Part shown: positions 1 to 13,526 of the stretch, one piece after another | Layout of the letters: each line of letters begins with the position of its first letter | How positions within the stretch are numbered: position 1 is the first letter of the stretch | Assembly: GCF_902652985.1 (NCBI RefSeq) | Contig: NC_047023.1 | Location: 23,622,001-23,686,000 of the forward strand | Source: Pecten maximus | Taxonomy: Eukaryota | Length of the DNA stretch: 64,000 bases | Reading direction: 5' to 3' | Notes under the pieces: generated by a model | The model's database searches: none | Seen by the model: only the letters and a program-made list of their open reading frames with translations | What the model was told of the DNA's origin: nothing | Program-made: the position numbers and the translations under genes

Positions 1-1233
1 GAAAATGGGCCGCGGTTGGGAATCCTTCACAAACTTTATTCCCCCACGTGGAGACAATTATAGGGACGCTAATTCAGAGAAACTACTAATGCAAGTTAAA
101 TTGTCTAACTATTAAAGAATCAGAAATTGTGTCAGGACACTTCACCCATTAAGATATATTTAAACATATATAATTTCATTTATTAATTGAATTAAAAAAA
201 AAAAAATGAGACATATGATTCGACCTTGATTTTGAAAAATTTCTGGCATGAAGTTGTATATTATAATTTAGATTTGATAAGGTTAGTATTCATTTATTTC
301 TTGACCTTTCCGATTAAAATTTCGCGTTTAATTCTATTGCATTTCTTACATTGTCGGGTATGTGTAAACTCAGTCCGCCCGTATAAATGGACGAATTTAA
401 TACCCAGGACTCCACTGAGTTAAATCTAGAGAAAATTAAACATTGATATACCGGTAAGTTAAGTTACATTTGTATCCAAATTAGAGCGATTTATGGCATG
501 AATTACCACAGGTAAAAGTATCCATCATATTTAATTACAGGTGATAAACTGATATCAGTCGAGTTACCGAGGTAAAGGAGATTAGGATACAAAAGACGTA
601 ATTGGTTCATTACGTAAACTAATGTGAAAGTTTAGGTGCTTTATTGTTCGGTAAAAATAAAAATCCAATAGAGGTACAGGTGTAACAATAGCTACCTGTT
701 CACATGTACCTATCAAAACCTTATATCAGCGTTTTCTCACCCAATCAACTGTTTCTCGTTGGACAGGTACCGTTACAATAGGTTATTGTTGTTTTTGATG
801 GACTTGATCGTCGGTCTATAGAAACACATACCAATCATACTAGTGTAAACAACTAACCTAATTTTAACGGCCCGCCTCCTCGTGCTCGCGAGCTGGTTTT
901 GACAGGTCGTGTTAAAATCACAAACCAAATTTTTAAACTTACCTGAAGTCGGTATTCCGGGTGGCGCCGAGACTCTGTGGATAGCCCAGTGTTTTCACAC
1001 GCGAGGAAATGTTGATTACCATGACAGTAGTTGACTGACCAATATGACACCTTCAGTAATATGTCACCTACCTGGCAGAATTAACTCGCCATTAGAGTTG
1101 TTTAAGATGATTGGATATTTCTTTGGGTGTGTATAAAAAGTCATGGTTAACGGCCTGAATTAGCATTCTGAGATTTGTCTCTCAAAGTTCACTACATCGA
1201 AATTATACCTTACTTACAACTCTTTGCTTGACC

Positions 1234-4200
1234 ATGGAGAAGTCGGATTCTAAAGCACTTCTTGTCCAGAATGACGAACTGGATATCTTGACCACAGAAA
1301 ATCTAGACAACGACGGTAAGTCAAACTAATATAATCATAACTCTTGGAATGTTGAACCATATATGTGCTATAAATTACATTTTTAGGAACAAATGCAACA
1401 AAATTAGGTCTAAATTTCTGGCATTTACTAGATTTATCAAACCAATAGTATACATACCTAGTACTATCATCTTATTTTAACTTTGGCACGGTTTGTAGTT
1501 TGGGAAGGTTATATTTTGTCATTATTGTTGATATAGATGATAATTCTATAATGTATATCGTAAAAATCCAATAACATTCAAATGTTCAACAATTATTTAA
1601 AAATATACAAGTCAAAATGCTATGATAAAGATGTGTCTGTATTACACCCAGGCATTAAAGATCAACGACTCCCGTCCTCTACCCGACAATATTTACTTTT
1701 AATTTAATATATAAACATCATCTGCCGTGGGCGCTTCTCCAAAAGATTAAAATTCTTTTGACAGACATATTTTTACATACACTTTTGAGGTTTGTCTGTC
1801 TGGTTAAATTTCTTTCTTTTTTAAATACATGTTATATGAGGAAAGGGATTCGTATGTGTCTCTTCGTGCCACTGTATTAGGTAATTGTACTTGTAAAGGG
1901 CCTCAGTCACTAATCGACTCCAAGGTCACGGAGAAGTCAAGAAACTTGATAAACCATTTATAGAGATAAGATACAACTTCAAACCACGTTAGCGACATTT
2001 GGATCATCTTGTCAGCCGGTTCAGAGGTATACAGGGATTTAAATAAGCGGCAATACCGGTAAACTTATTTGTAAAAGAAAGAACGGTCATATTTGTTCTA
2101 TACGTATCCCCACATTTTTAACAGCTACTTTTAGGAACACGGGCCTCTTTCCCGAGGCCTATTGATTCGTCTACATCGTGTAGGTTGTTATATAAACATG
2201 TGTGATACATAGGGGGAAAAGAGCAATAGAATGGCAAAATTTGACAGACAATTTCGTAGAGAAAATACGGTATTTTTTTGTATTTTTTTTTTTTTTTTTG
2301 CTTAAATACATCTTTTCGAAAACGAACCAATAATTCAGTTAGCTTTAAAATGAGTATAATGATATGATGTTTATCTCGACTACAAGGGTCTCAGTGTTAA
2401 GTAGCTAGGGAACAAACCCTGAAAAAATACATTAAAATCTGAATAAATGGCTACTTGACGGGAGACCGCTTCAATAGATTTAATTTTCATAAAACACTTT
2501 TTATATAAACTTCATTTGACAGTCTGGGTGGTTGTTCGTGGTTTACCTACAGCAGAAAATTGATTTACACGGTCAATAAACATAATACTTTATAACTTTT
2601 AAATGCTAAATATTCGACCGGTAGCCATTCGTATGTAAAATATTTTGATATACAAAATGAAATTGTTATATCAGCTTTAAATTTCAAAGTTATATAGTTG
2701 TATATAATCATAATACAAAAAGTGACATTTCTTAAAACATATTTAAAGATTGAATGATAATACTTGAAATTCAAATTTAAAAAAAAGGGGGGGGGGGGGG
2801 AGAATTTTTTATTGATTTTACAACAAAATGTATTCATAAATTTAAAAATAACAGAAGATAATGCATTTTTCGTATAGTTTTAAAATATTGTATGTTATAA
2901 AATTAAGCTGACCAGTCATTTTAGCTGTGGTTAGTGTGTTCTTGTATAGAACAAGTGCCCGCTGTATTTAAACTATAAGATGTACTGGGGATAAAGAATG
3001 ACATTCACTGTTGTATCTTCTGTGATCACGACAGAGATAAATGTTCCGTGTTCCAATAGGAAATGATAAATCTATGATTCGTGTGTTAACATATCTTATT
3101 TCACCTGACGCATTGTGGTAACGCCATCATCTAATTACAACAATATACATCTGTGAATGGTAGCCTAAATTATTCGGGGAGCAATGTCGATACTTAATGA
3201 TAACACAAGATATCATATATATTTATATAATATTTTATATCATTTTATGAAATATTTTTTTTAGAATAACTTATAACTAAAACTTTATGATAAATATCGC
3301 ATGACTTTTATAAGATAGTTCACATAATACTGGATCGAAATTGCTCCCTTGATAAATGACATTCAGGCATGCCATAAAGCGTTACGCAAATTACAACTAT
3401 CACACTAGATTAAAAATAAATGTGACATGAATTACAATATACTGATCATTCTAAAAACTTATTTACAGACATCGGATTCTCGTCCGGGTATGAATCGAAC
3501 CCAGAGTCTTCACCGGAAGTAGGTGATTCAAGCTACCAAGAACCAGACTACAGAGTTAGGGATTCTGTGAATTACAATAGTACCAGCGCCCTCTGTGATC
3601 GTCTCAAATACATCCTGTCCATGCCAGAACTATGTGACGTCACATTCCTCGTTGGACCAACCAAAGTTCCGGTTTACGGCGTGAAAGCGATTCTTGGAAC
3701 TCGCAGCAGGTAAGCGAACTGCAAATTATTTAAATAAATTAACACCTGATTGGTTCAATTTGGTAATTATCCAGGGATATCGAACACCTTGCAACGAACA
3801 AAGTTTCGTCTTCGAATCATAAAATCTTATCGTCTTTATTTTGATAACTAAGTAGGAACATTTTGATAAAATCCTGTTCTGTATCAAAACATTTTCTTAT
3901 TTATATCATTTTCGTTACCAGGGTTATGTACCAGTTGATCCTACAGAAACAGAAAGAGGAAGAAGAAAATCGGTCGAAAAAATCCCGGAAATCCCGATTC
4001 AGTTCTCGTCTCGTCATTGACGTGAAGAAATACGAGCCAGAGGATTTTCGAAAAATTGTCCAGTTCATCCATTGTGGAACAGTTGACGTCACTGTCAAAA
4101 ATGTCACAGGTAAATACTGATACTAAAGTTTGTGACAGAAACGCGACGTAGTAATTTGTCTTCTGATGCAATTATTTGGAATTTGAAAACTTCTTGTAAA

Positions 4201-4776
4201 TTCCAAGAAATAAATTGGTATTATAGCATTCGTAAATTACATTGAGAATGTCTGAGTGTGTATACAGACTAATTTTATGTCTATATTTTGTGATGCAGGT
4301 TTACTTTGTGGAGCAAGTCAGTTTAAACTCATGGATCTTAAAGTGGCGTGCTGGGATTTCATCAAACGCTGTTTAAAGTCTGAAAACGGATCTGTTGCTG
4401 CCATCAGGAAAGGCGCTCAGCAGTATAACCATCACAAGACAGCTGGGAAACTCTTGTCTAAGGTTAGTTGGAGTTTACTATACATGTATTTGATTTAGTG
4501 TATTGCGCGTGCCACCAATATTTCGCGATTTTTTATTGCATTTTCTGAAGCCCTTCTAGAAATACCAATGGAATTGGTAACATTTATCAATATCATTTCA
4601 ATAGATTATTATATTATCATTGATATCATAATTCATCACTTCAATGTTTACTTCGGTTACAGATTTCCAATCACCTAGAACAAGACACCACATCACCTAC
4701 AATGTCTTCTCCCGTGGAATCCTCGCCAAGTTCATCGCCACAATCTCCGTCCCCCAAGCTGACGACAACAGTATGA
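1234..4776 (+). CDS. BTB/POZ-domain protein, serine-enriched protein (gprs)-like short paralogue, about 262 aa, 5 coding exons
   Basis: Exons 1234-1315, 3469-3709, 3922-4109, 4299-4462 and 4663-4776 all have GT-AG introns and compatible phases (789 nt total). The translation contains LKYILSMPELCDVTFLVGPTKVPVYGVKAILGTRSRVMYQLI...YEPEDFRKIVQFIHCGTV...GLLCGASQF..DLKVACWDF, which matches the BTB domain of the serine-enriched protein family. It ends in an S/P-rich tail ...KLTTTV*. Confidence 0.85.
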
Positions 4777-5055
4777 TGTGACAGATGATATTATTCTGTA
4801 TTTACTCCAAGTGCTGATAACTAAATTAAAGATTACGAATTTATTTTGATGGCGACTTCCGGTTTAGTGTTGACGGTTAACCGTGCTATGGGACCCGTCA
4901 CAGAGTGTTTACTCAAAGGGTACTCGAACAGAAAGAAAACAAAATCCGTTACCTAAAAAGGTGCGTGTCTGTAGTAAATTGAGCTGGTTAATATGAGCTG
5001 TCGTGTAGGGAGAAAACAAATTATATGGACTGACAGTGAGAAATATTTGTTCCTT

Positions 5056-5160
5056 GGACCGGAAGTGAGATATATTGGTGCGTGGACCGAAAGTGAGAAA
5101 ATGTGTGTTGTGTGTACCGGAAGTGAGAAAATGTGTGTTGTGTGTACCGGAAGTGAGAGA
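5056..5160. repeat. about 30-bp tandem repeat (x3.5) carrying CCGGAAGT (ETS-like) motifs, downstream of the BTB gene stop
   Basis: ccggaagtgagaaaatgtgtgttgtgtgta-type units at about 5059, 5087, 5117 and 5147. Confidence 0.75.
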
Positions 5161-6515
5161 AGATGATGTGCCGTATGTGTATCGTGGTACAGCTTGTATG
5201 ATATATGTGTATATCTTTATGTATTATTTGGTGCTATGTTTTGTGCTTGTAAATTATTAATACGACATTTGTATATATAAAACATTGAATCACATGTTGG
5301 TGTTCTTGTTGTTTGAAAGTATTTACGCTAGTGCTTTGGTAATTGCTCATGTATAGTATTCTAAAAACTACATTAGATACTCATGGATTTACTTTTGATA
5401 TTCATTGATATCAGAATCAAACATTCAAGCAATACTTGTGACCTTAAAAAATTGTGAATGATCTTGACATTTGGCATTCTTGGATGCTTTTAACATTATT
5501 CATTCAGACATTTCTGAATTTAGATCACTATGGACTACTTTTAATATTCATTGGTATCAGAATCAAATATTCAAGCAATATTTGTGACCCCAATAGATGT
5601 CGTTGGCCGAGGAAATTCGTTTATGGTTTTTAGGTTAAGACGTAGAAGATCTCATTTTAAAGAATTGCGAAGAAAGGATGGACTTTATAAAGTTCATTTA
5701 GGCAGAACTAAGAAAAATAAAAACTTAGATATCAAACATTTCTCTGGCTTCCAATTTACTTGTAATTCTGTGTGGACCAACTAAAGTAAAGTATAGGTAT
5801 GAACCTCCCACACAACTTAGCTTGTAATTATCCGGTAAGAATTAATGAAGAGAGGGGAAATGAGAAACCATAAAGCGAAAGGTGTTTTCGGGGTAAATGA
5901 CTCGGTTTTTATAGCCGTAGGATTTTTCGACTGGAGCCATCGTCCCTATCACGGAACCTAACTTTGACCACCCAATAACGATCATGTAGTGGAATACAAC
6001 AAGATACTTTTTCTTGACGAATTTCATACAAGGCTTTTAAAAGAACATCTGTATCATTTCTAGCGAACACGAAAGTAGTGTGGAGGAACAAATAATTCCG
6101 AGCACGACAAATCTTTATAAAGTCTAAGACAGAAAGGTATACATATTATATCGGGTTAGTTATCAAATACGGGAATACGTACAGCCATAGAGACTACTGT
6201 CCCTAACTCGGATGGACCAAAACGGTGTCACATGTCAATTAAAATGATTAAGATTAATTGTTAAAGTAAAAGATGAGTAAGCTCTAAATGATAACCAGTC
6301 ACAGAATAGTTTCAGAGTTTCAGACGTATCTTTCTGATTTTCCATCATGAACGACTTTAAATGAATTAAGTACTTTATTTTCGGTGATTATATGATAATA
6401 TTCTCTCGGTTAATAGCATTCCTCTGGTCCACATTGAGTAAACATTCTGATTTATTAGGTACATAATAACACAAACGAAACCCGCCTGAGGGAGCGAATG
6501 GGGATAAACGTTATT

Positions 6516-6525
6516 ATGACGTCAT
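6516..6525. promoter_or_regulatory. perfect CRE palindrome (ATGACGTCAT) about 50 bp upstream of the predicted ATG of the uncharacterised gene
   Basis: TGACGTCA at 6517-6524. Function is inferred from position only. Confidence 0.35.
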
Positions 6526-6569
6526 TGTCACCACACCGTCATCACTCTCGCATGCTCTCGTGAACAATT

Positions 6570-9500
6570 ATGCCTAGTTACGGCCTCGCGACTACCAAGT
6601 ACAATGAATGTTCGCTCGACTCCAAGATGGAAATGATCTATGTTCCTGACGTGGACACACTGTGTCGACTTACCGACGAGTACGTATTGTGTTAAAGCCA
6701 TACCTTAAACGTCCTGTATAGTCAGTTTTAATCTGATTGACCTTCGTTTTGTAGTTAGTCATGTTTTACTCTCCTTGACCTTCGTTTTGTAGTTGGTCAT
6801 ATTTTACTCTCCTTGACCTTCGTTTTGTAACACGCTGTACTTGTACATAATAATTCTATACATAATTCTATTCTTGAACATGACATTTCCAGCACCACAT
6901 TGAAGCGGTTTGATTTGGGAGTTTGACATTTCATTGAAATTTTCGGTATGGTTAATAGCTATAAGAGAAAACAATACACAACAGTTTATGTGTATCGATT
7001 CCGGTGTTTTCAGTACAAAACGCGATGAAAATATATTATCTGGGCTTTGAAAACTTCTGCAACCATCGATTTCAACTAAAATATTTCCATTCTACCCCAG
7101 ATTTGATGGATACATGTCTGATTGCGGGGAACTAACCCAGTACATAGAAAACCTTACACACAACGAAAAATTAACTCTGGTCATACAGGACATGCCGGTT
7201 CCCATATACATCCTCAAGGAACTCGCCTACAAGCAAGACGCCATTGTCGACTTTGGTAAGTAGATACAGTAATAGGTGTACATGTGATATATTTAAAAAT
7301 GCGGAATAAATTGATTTATATTATTGATCGATAAATAATCCTCAAATGATACCGTAAACAAATCATTTACCGACAGACTTACCATCAAAAAGCGGTAACA
7401 ACCTTATGGTGACATAATGTAACCTATAGGTAAATAGTAGCCGCAATATACCGAGCGGCTAGAGAGATCGTAGTAAGCCAGAGGACCTGTGTTCGATCCC
7501 TAGCGGAAGCCGTGGTTTAAATCTGGTTAATCATGCGCTCTGTCACGGTAATCCGAATCGTCGTTATATATATCTTTATTCGGTGTATAGATGAATGTGT
7601 GTAAACCAGTATAACATCGATATACAGGTTTCTGTCCTTTCTCTACCACAGGTGGCGCGGAGACCAAGAAGTTCATCTCGCTGGTGGCCGATGTCGCATG
7701 CCTATACGGAATGTGGCCACGTGCTGATGTGAGCCACCCGACATCCAGACAGGCCCCTATCAAAACGTAACTTGCTAATCCGATCTTGTTATCACAGGAG
7801 ATTTTTTTTCTGAAATCGCCAAAATTCCATATTTACTATGATATTGCCACTATTCCAGATTAACTATGATATTGCCACTATTCCAGATTTACTATGACAT
7901 TGCCACTATTCCAGATTAACTATGCTATTGCCACTATTCCAGATTTACTATGATATTGCCACTATACCAGATTTGTTATGATATTGCCACTATACCAGAT
8001 TTGTTATGATATTGCCACTATACCAGATTTGTTATGATATTGCCACTATACCAGAGATACTGTGATATTGCCACTATTCCGGATTTGCTATGACATTGCC
8101 ACCTTTTAAAAACGTTTTTTTCTTGAAACACGATGCATACTGATCAATTACTTAATTAATTTTCCAATGTAGTTTTAACGACGATAAAGTAGAAGGATTA
8201 AGAAGGTCAACGGTTGAACTCATCAAGGTCATCGGCAGCCATAAAAGGGCCATAGCAGACCTACGACAGCAACAACGGGTTGGTCTTATTTTAATTCAAA
8301 CATATTTTATTACAAAAGGAATGGGCATATTGCTACCTACAATAGCCACTTTCAGTAATGTTTTACATAATGAATATAAACACTTCTTTCAATAAAAACA
8401 AGTACTGATTGTAGTGGGGACCATTACAGATGTCCCCCAAACTCCCCCACAGTTGTATCATTATGTTCATCATCCCTCACAGCCCATGTATATATACATT
8501 TTTAAATTAAACCATAGCAATTGAGGTTTTACTATGTTGTTCGCCGTATCTCATAACTCCTGTGTTCTAATTTTCACTATAATCTGACAGTTTCTAGATT
8601 TCGACTAATCAGAGGCACCCGTTGTTACAATAAACTTAACTATATAGTCTGTGGAACATGGTTTAAAACATTCCAAATGACATTCATATATTACATTGTA
8701 TATCAATACAGAATTAAAACATTATAAATAATTCTTCTATGTAGGATCGAACATGGCAAATTACTATTAGAACACCAAATGCATGATGAAACATCACAAG
8801 TATAAGTATATTTCATTGTCCTCTCAGATTTGTTGGGACTTGAGTTCAAAATCAGCGTACAAGCACAGCCTTGTAGAGGCCTTCGAGAAGAAGTATGCTG
8901 TCGAACTGGGTGGCGGTAACGCGCCACAGAAGCTGAGAGGAAAGCTACAGCAGCTGTCTGACGAAATGTGGGATGCGCAGGATGACGTCACCAGGAACCA
9001 AATAATGTACTGCGAGATGTTGGAAAAGGAGACCAACATTAAAGTCAGCATGTTCCAGGTAACGGCCCAGTCTCTCCTAGAGTGTATTGTGTAGTCACTG
9101 TAAAGTCAGCATGCTCCAGGTAACGGCCCAGTCTCTCCTAGAGTGTATTGTGTAGTCACTGTAAAGTCAGCAGGCTCCAGGTAACGGCCCAGTCTCTCCT
9201 AGAGTGTATTGTGTAGTCACTGTAAAGTCAACATGCTCCAGGTAACGGCCCAGTCTCTCCCAGGGTGTATTGTGTAGTCACTGTAAAGTCAGCAGGCTCC
9301 AGGTAACGGCCCAGTCTATCCCAGGGTGTATTGTGTAGTCACTGTAAAGTCAACATGCTCCAGGTAACGGCCCAGTCTCTCCTAGAGTGTATTGTGTAGT
9401 CACTGTAAAGTCAGCAGGCTCCAGGTAACGGCCCAGTCTCTCCTAGAGTGTATTGTGTAGTCACTGTAAAGTCAACATGTTCCAGGTAACGGCCCAGTCT

Positions 9501-12500
9501 CTCCTAGAGTGTATTGTGTAGTCACTGTAAAGTCAGCAGGCTCCAGGTAACGGCCCAGTCTATCCCAGGGTGTATTGTGTAGTCACTGTAAAGTGAACAT
9601 GCTCCAGGTAACGGCCCAGTCTCTCCTAGAGTGTATTGTGTAGTCACTGTAAAGTCAGCATGCTCCAGGTAACGGCCCAGTCTCTCCTAGAGTGTATTGT
9701 GTAGTCACTGTAAAGTCAACATGCTCCAGGTAACGGCCCAGTCTCTCCTAGAGTGTATTGTGTAGTCACTGTAAAGTCAGCATGTTCCAGGTAACGGCCC
9801 AGTCTCTCCCAGGGTGTATTGTGTAGTCACTGTAAAGTCAGCATGCTCCAGGTAACGGCCCAGTCTCTCCTAGAGTGTATTGTGTAGTCACTGTAAAGTC
9901 AACATGTTCCAGGTAACGGCCCAGTCTCTCCTAGAGTGTATTGTGTAGTCACTGTAAAGTCAACATGCTCCAGGTAACGGCCCAGTCTCTCCTAGAGTGT
10001 ATTGTGTAGTCACTGTAAAGTCAGCAGGCTCCAGGTAACGGCCCAGTCTCTCCTAGAGTGTATTGTGTAGTCACTGTAAAGTCAACATGTTCCAGGTAAC
10101 GGCCCAGTCTCTCCTAGAGTGTATTGTGTAGTCAGTGTAAAGTCAACATGTTCCAGGTAACGGCCCAGTCTCTCCTAGAGTGTATTGTGTAGTCACTGTA
10201 AAGTCAGCATGCTCCAGGTAACGGCCCAGTCTCTCCTAGGGTGTATTGTGTAGCAACCTGCATATGGACCTTTTTTTTGCGGTTTCTCCTGAATATTTAA
10301 CAAAATGTCAGAAATCTTACTCGACGAGGTCACAGGGGCGTGTCACAGACCAAGCCCATCTGTATACGTGTTTCTGTATTATAAGGCGGCCTATGCAATT
10401 AAAATATATGGCATGTCATAACCATGCTTCTAAGACATATTAATTAGATAGATTTTAATGACATATCTTTGAGTAATCACCGTTAGTCAGGGATTAGTGA
10501 ATAGAAAGTTATTTTCGATACAGTACTTGTTATATTGGAACCTCGAGAGAAATCGGTTATTTTACAACTCATGTTCCGGACTCATATACTCAAAACATAT
10601 TAAAATCAATTTGATATGTATTCCTGTTTCGATAATCCGATAATATTGTTTTTGTCTTTTAGATATCGGATCGTATCCGGAATTGCATACAGTACATGCT
10701 AGTAAGACGGATGGCAGATTGTATTGGCAAGGCATACACATTTTTACAGTCTGTACATGTATATAGATTTCAAAATGCTCAGTAAGTATATATCAGCCCC
10801 CCTCCCCTCTCAGTCCCTTTTGACAAACTACATGTATTTCATTATCGAGATATTAGTTAGCGCGCATGTTCGAATTTGTACATGTTTATGTATTTCGAAT
10901 TAATACAAGATATTCATATGGCATTGTATCTCCAACAGCGTGTTCAACAATAGACATCTTCCCGTAATACATACCATGTGTAGGATGAGGACAGGTGCCG
11001 TCGCGGACGAATTGATTCAACAAGCATCCAAGACTTATACCTTCCCAAATACAAAGGTAAGTTACAGGGGCGCCAAGTCAACTTAAAACTTCTGTAAGCA
11101 GTCATCCATAAAATTTGTTTTGCGACGACATAGAAATGAATATAAACGAGTTGTCTTTCTATCTTAAATATGTCTCAAAAGCGGAAGGTCAAATGTCAAG
11201 GTCACAATGTCAGTTAATTAAGTTGATGAATGCTAAAAGTCCGTTTGTTATATATATTTACAATTAAATTGGATAACGGCGATTGACAATTAATTATTTA
11301 AGTAATTAGTAATGATTTAACCTAATTTAGATAAAATATCAATGTGCAACATATGTAATGATGTCAAACGTACAACCTAGGCAAGGTCAGTGGACAAGAT
11401 TAAAAGTCAAGGTCGAACCTCACCGAGATAGAGTGCAATGTTATTATCAAACATAAAATAATCTGAAATGGAGGAATTGAGTTTCACAAGCTTGATGTTT
11501 TTTTGGAGAGTAAAGTTCTGGTTTAAGTAGTATTGTGTAATATTCCAAACATCTCAGTGACGTGTTTACTGTTCTAGGAGTACCCTGTTTACATGAGAGA
11601 AACACCAAAACTTCCTGCAGTTCACATTGATGAAAAAATTGGGAGGGGTTGTACTCATCCGAACTCTAAAACAGGTAGGTTAAATACGTTAACATCGAAC
11701 TGGTATGCTGACTGATTTGGCATGGCGCACTGTCACATTGGCGCCCAACGCAATAGGTCGACCATGCGCCATACAAAGAGCGACAATGCGCCCATGTGAA
11801 AAATGTACCCCGCCAAAGCGCCATATTTATCATCAATTGTTGCATGTTTGTCGCATGGCGCACTGACACTCTTGATTGTAACAGTGTGACCTGGCCAAAA
11901 TCATCCACCATATGATTGGACTCTTTGCGAAATAGCAAACTATGGGAAAATAATGCTAATAACACTAATCAGTGTGTGGCTGAGTCAGTCCAGGGTCAGG
12001 GTTCATAGAACACGACTCTAAAACAAATATCTTGTAGTGTAGGTGTGTTTTCTGAGATTATTCATTGGTTCTGTTCTTAAGAACAAACAAATTTCCTTTT
12101 CATTTTACATAGTTGTCGGAACCCTTCGTTTATCTGGCAATCTGAATGGCTACCACCTGAAGATATCCGGGCGAACTGATGCCTCCTCTGTAATTCCAGG
12201 ATTCTTCCACTTAAATAAAGGTAAAGAAATGAAAATATTAACGTCCGATTCTCAACATGCACATGGTAGTTCTCTATACATGAAGTAATTTACGTCTGAA
12301 TCCCATCTTTCTTTATTTTCTTGATTCCCCAAACGCTGCCATTACACAAAAATGTACGTATCACCGCTCTACTTAACTATCATGCTGTAAGTCTAGAACG
12401 CGACCACTAAAAGAACGTAATGGTAAATTAAGTATCAATCGATGTTTAATGTTGATTGTTGTTCTATTAGCATTAATTTTGAATCGAGTAACAATTTTGT

Positions 12501-12731
12501 CCCGGTTCAGTGCGATGCATAGTAAGTTATATTTTGCCTTTTTTTCCAGACCTGCATGTAAAGTGTAAACTGGGGATGTTCAATGGAGACGTGGGGTTCG
12601 GCTGGACCCGGAAGTCCAGTTACAGCCCGACAAAGACATGGGGATTTTTTATCCGACCACCATCTTTAACGGACTTTACGGATCGTTCCTCGCATCAGGC
12701 TGCGAATCCGGTAGCACTCGGAAACACATAA
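6570..12731 (+). CDS. uncharacterised protein, about 446 aa, 10 coding exons (helical/coiled-coil middle, possible SH3-like C-terminus)
   Basis: Exons 6570-6679, 7101-7255, 7652-7766, 8173-8278, 8828-9058, 10663-10781, 10939-11056, 11578-11674, 12113-12220 and 12550-12731 are all GT-AG and join into one open frame of 1341 nt (MPSYGLATTKY...ALGNT*). No family was recognised with certainty, and the start codon is the least certain part. Confidence 0.75.
6737..6828. repeat. 38-bp tandem repeat x2.4 (intronic)
   Basis: tgaccttcgttttgtagtt(a/g)gtcat(g/a)ttttactctcct repeated. Confidence 0.7.
7831..8102. repeat. 28-bp minisatellite, about 10 copies (intronic)
   Basis: Unit atttactatgatattgccactattccag with period 28. 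Confidence 0.9.
9040..10252 (+). repeat. 61-bp minisatellite, about 20 copies, built from the exon 5 / intron 5 donor junction of the uncharacterised gene
   Basis: Unit aaagtcagcatg(t/c)tccag|gtaacggcccagtctctcctagagtgtattgtgtagtcactgt. The first copy contains the real donor (GT at 9059) and the next GT is at 9120. Confidence 0.95.
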
Positions 12732-13320
12732 CTGTGGAATACATTAAAGACATAACCAATCAATCATTGTTGCAATAATACGTATGTATTAATATATATA
12801 GGTATATATGTGTGCATGGAAATTCTAAGAAAGGAGGCTTAATTAGATATTTCATAATAATTAATGAAAAGCATGTACTAGTATGTAAATTAACATTTAA
12901 ATGGATATACCAGTTGACATTGATGTTATTTACGATTAAGAACAAATAAATTCCTTTGAAATTTCATTAAATCACTGATGTTTTAATTTACTTTTAATTA
13001 CTTCTTGCATACAACTTTAGAGCACATGTTTTTGTGTTCCCCTAGTGACGTTGTAACGATCTGTATTCGTATCCCGAAAGAGTTTGTGTATTTTTAAATA
13101 TGGAAAAGACAACAACAACAAAACAGAAAAACAAACAGAATTTTTTTTAGATGAATGACTTTCATAGTAGTAGCTTTTGTCCTTCACAGGGCGATAGCTT
13201 CCGGTTTATTTCGATTGACAATATACGTGACGTCATAATTACATGTCATCACAATACAACATGACTGTGACGTCACAATGTACACCAGACAAGTGAAAAC
13301 ACGAGTTACTGTGGCCTGTA

Positions 13321-13508
13321 TAGACTGGCCACCAGACCCTAAGTTTTTTTGCTAATGAATTGCCAAGCTAAATTCTAATACCAGATTATCTGCCCCTAGT
13401 TTGAAACTTTGGATCTAGAATCTAGAATCAGACATATCCTAGGGATCAAAATCATAAAGCTCAATTTTATTTATAATTTTGATATTCTAGAGACAGGGGG
13501 CCAGTCTA
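13321..13508. mobile_element. 188-bp MITE, TAG...CTA termini, 9-bp TSD (AcademH- or Mutator-like non-autonomous element)
   Basis: TIR tagactggcc...ggccagtcta. TSD tggcctgta at 13312-13320 and 13509-13517. The superfamily is inferred. Confidence 0.75.
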
Positions 13509-13526
13509 TGGCCTGTAGAGACATTG

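Noticed and set aside
7441-7520. tRNA-like segment with B-box gttcgatccc
   Set aside because: The A-box and stems are too degenerate to support a tRNA. It is probably an old SINE head, but I cannot define its boundaries.
8745-8799. Possible extra exon after gtag at 8744
   Set aside because: Phase-0 entry hits TGA, and the remaining gap to 8828 is too short for an intron. The acceptor at 8827 gives a clean frame.
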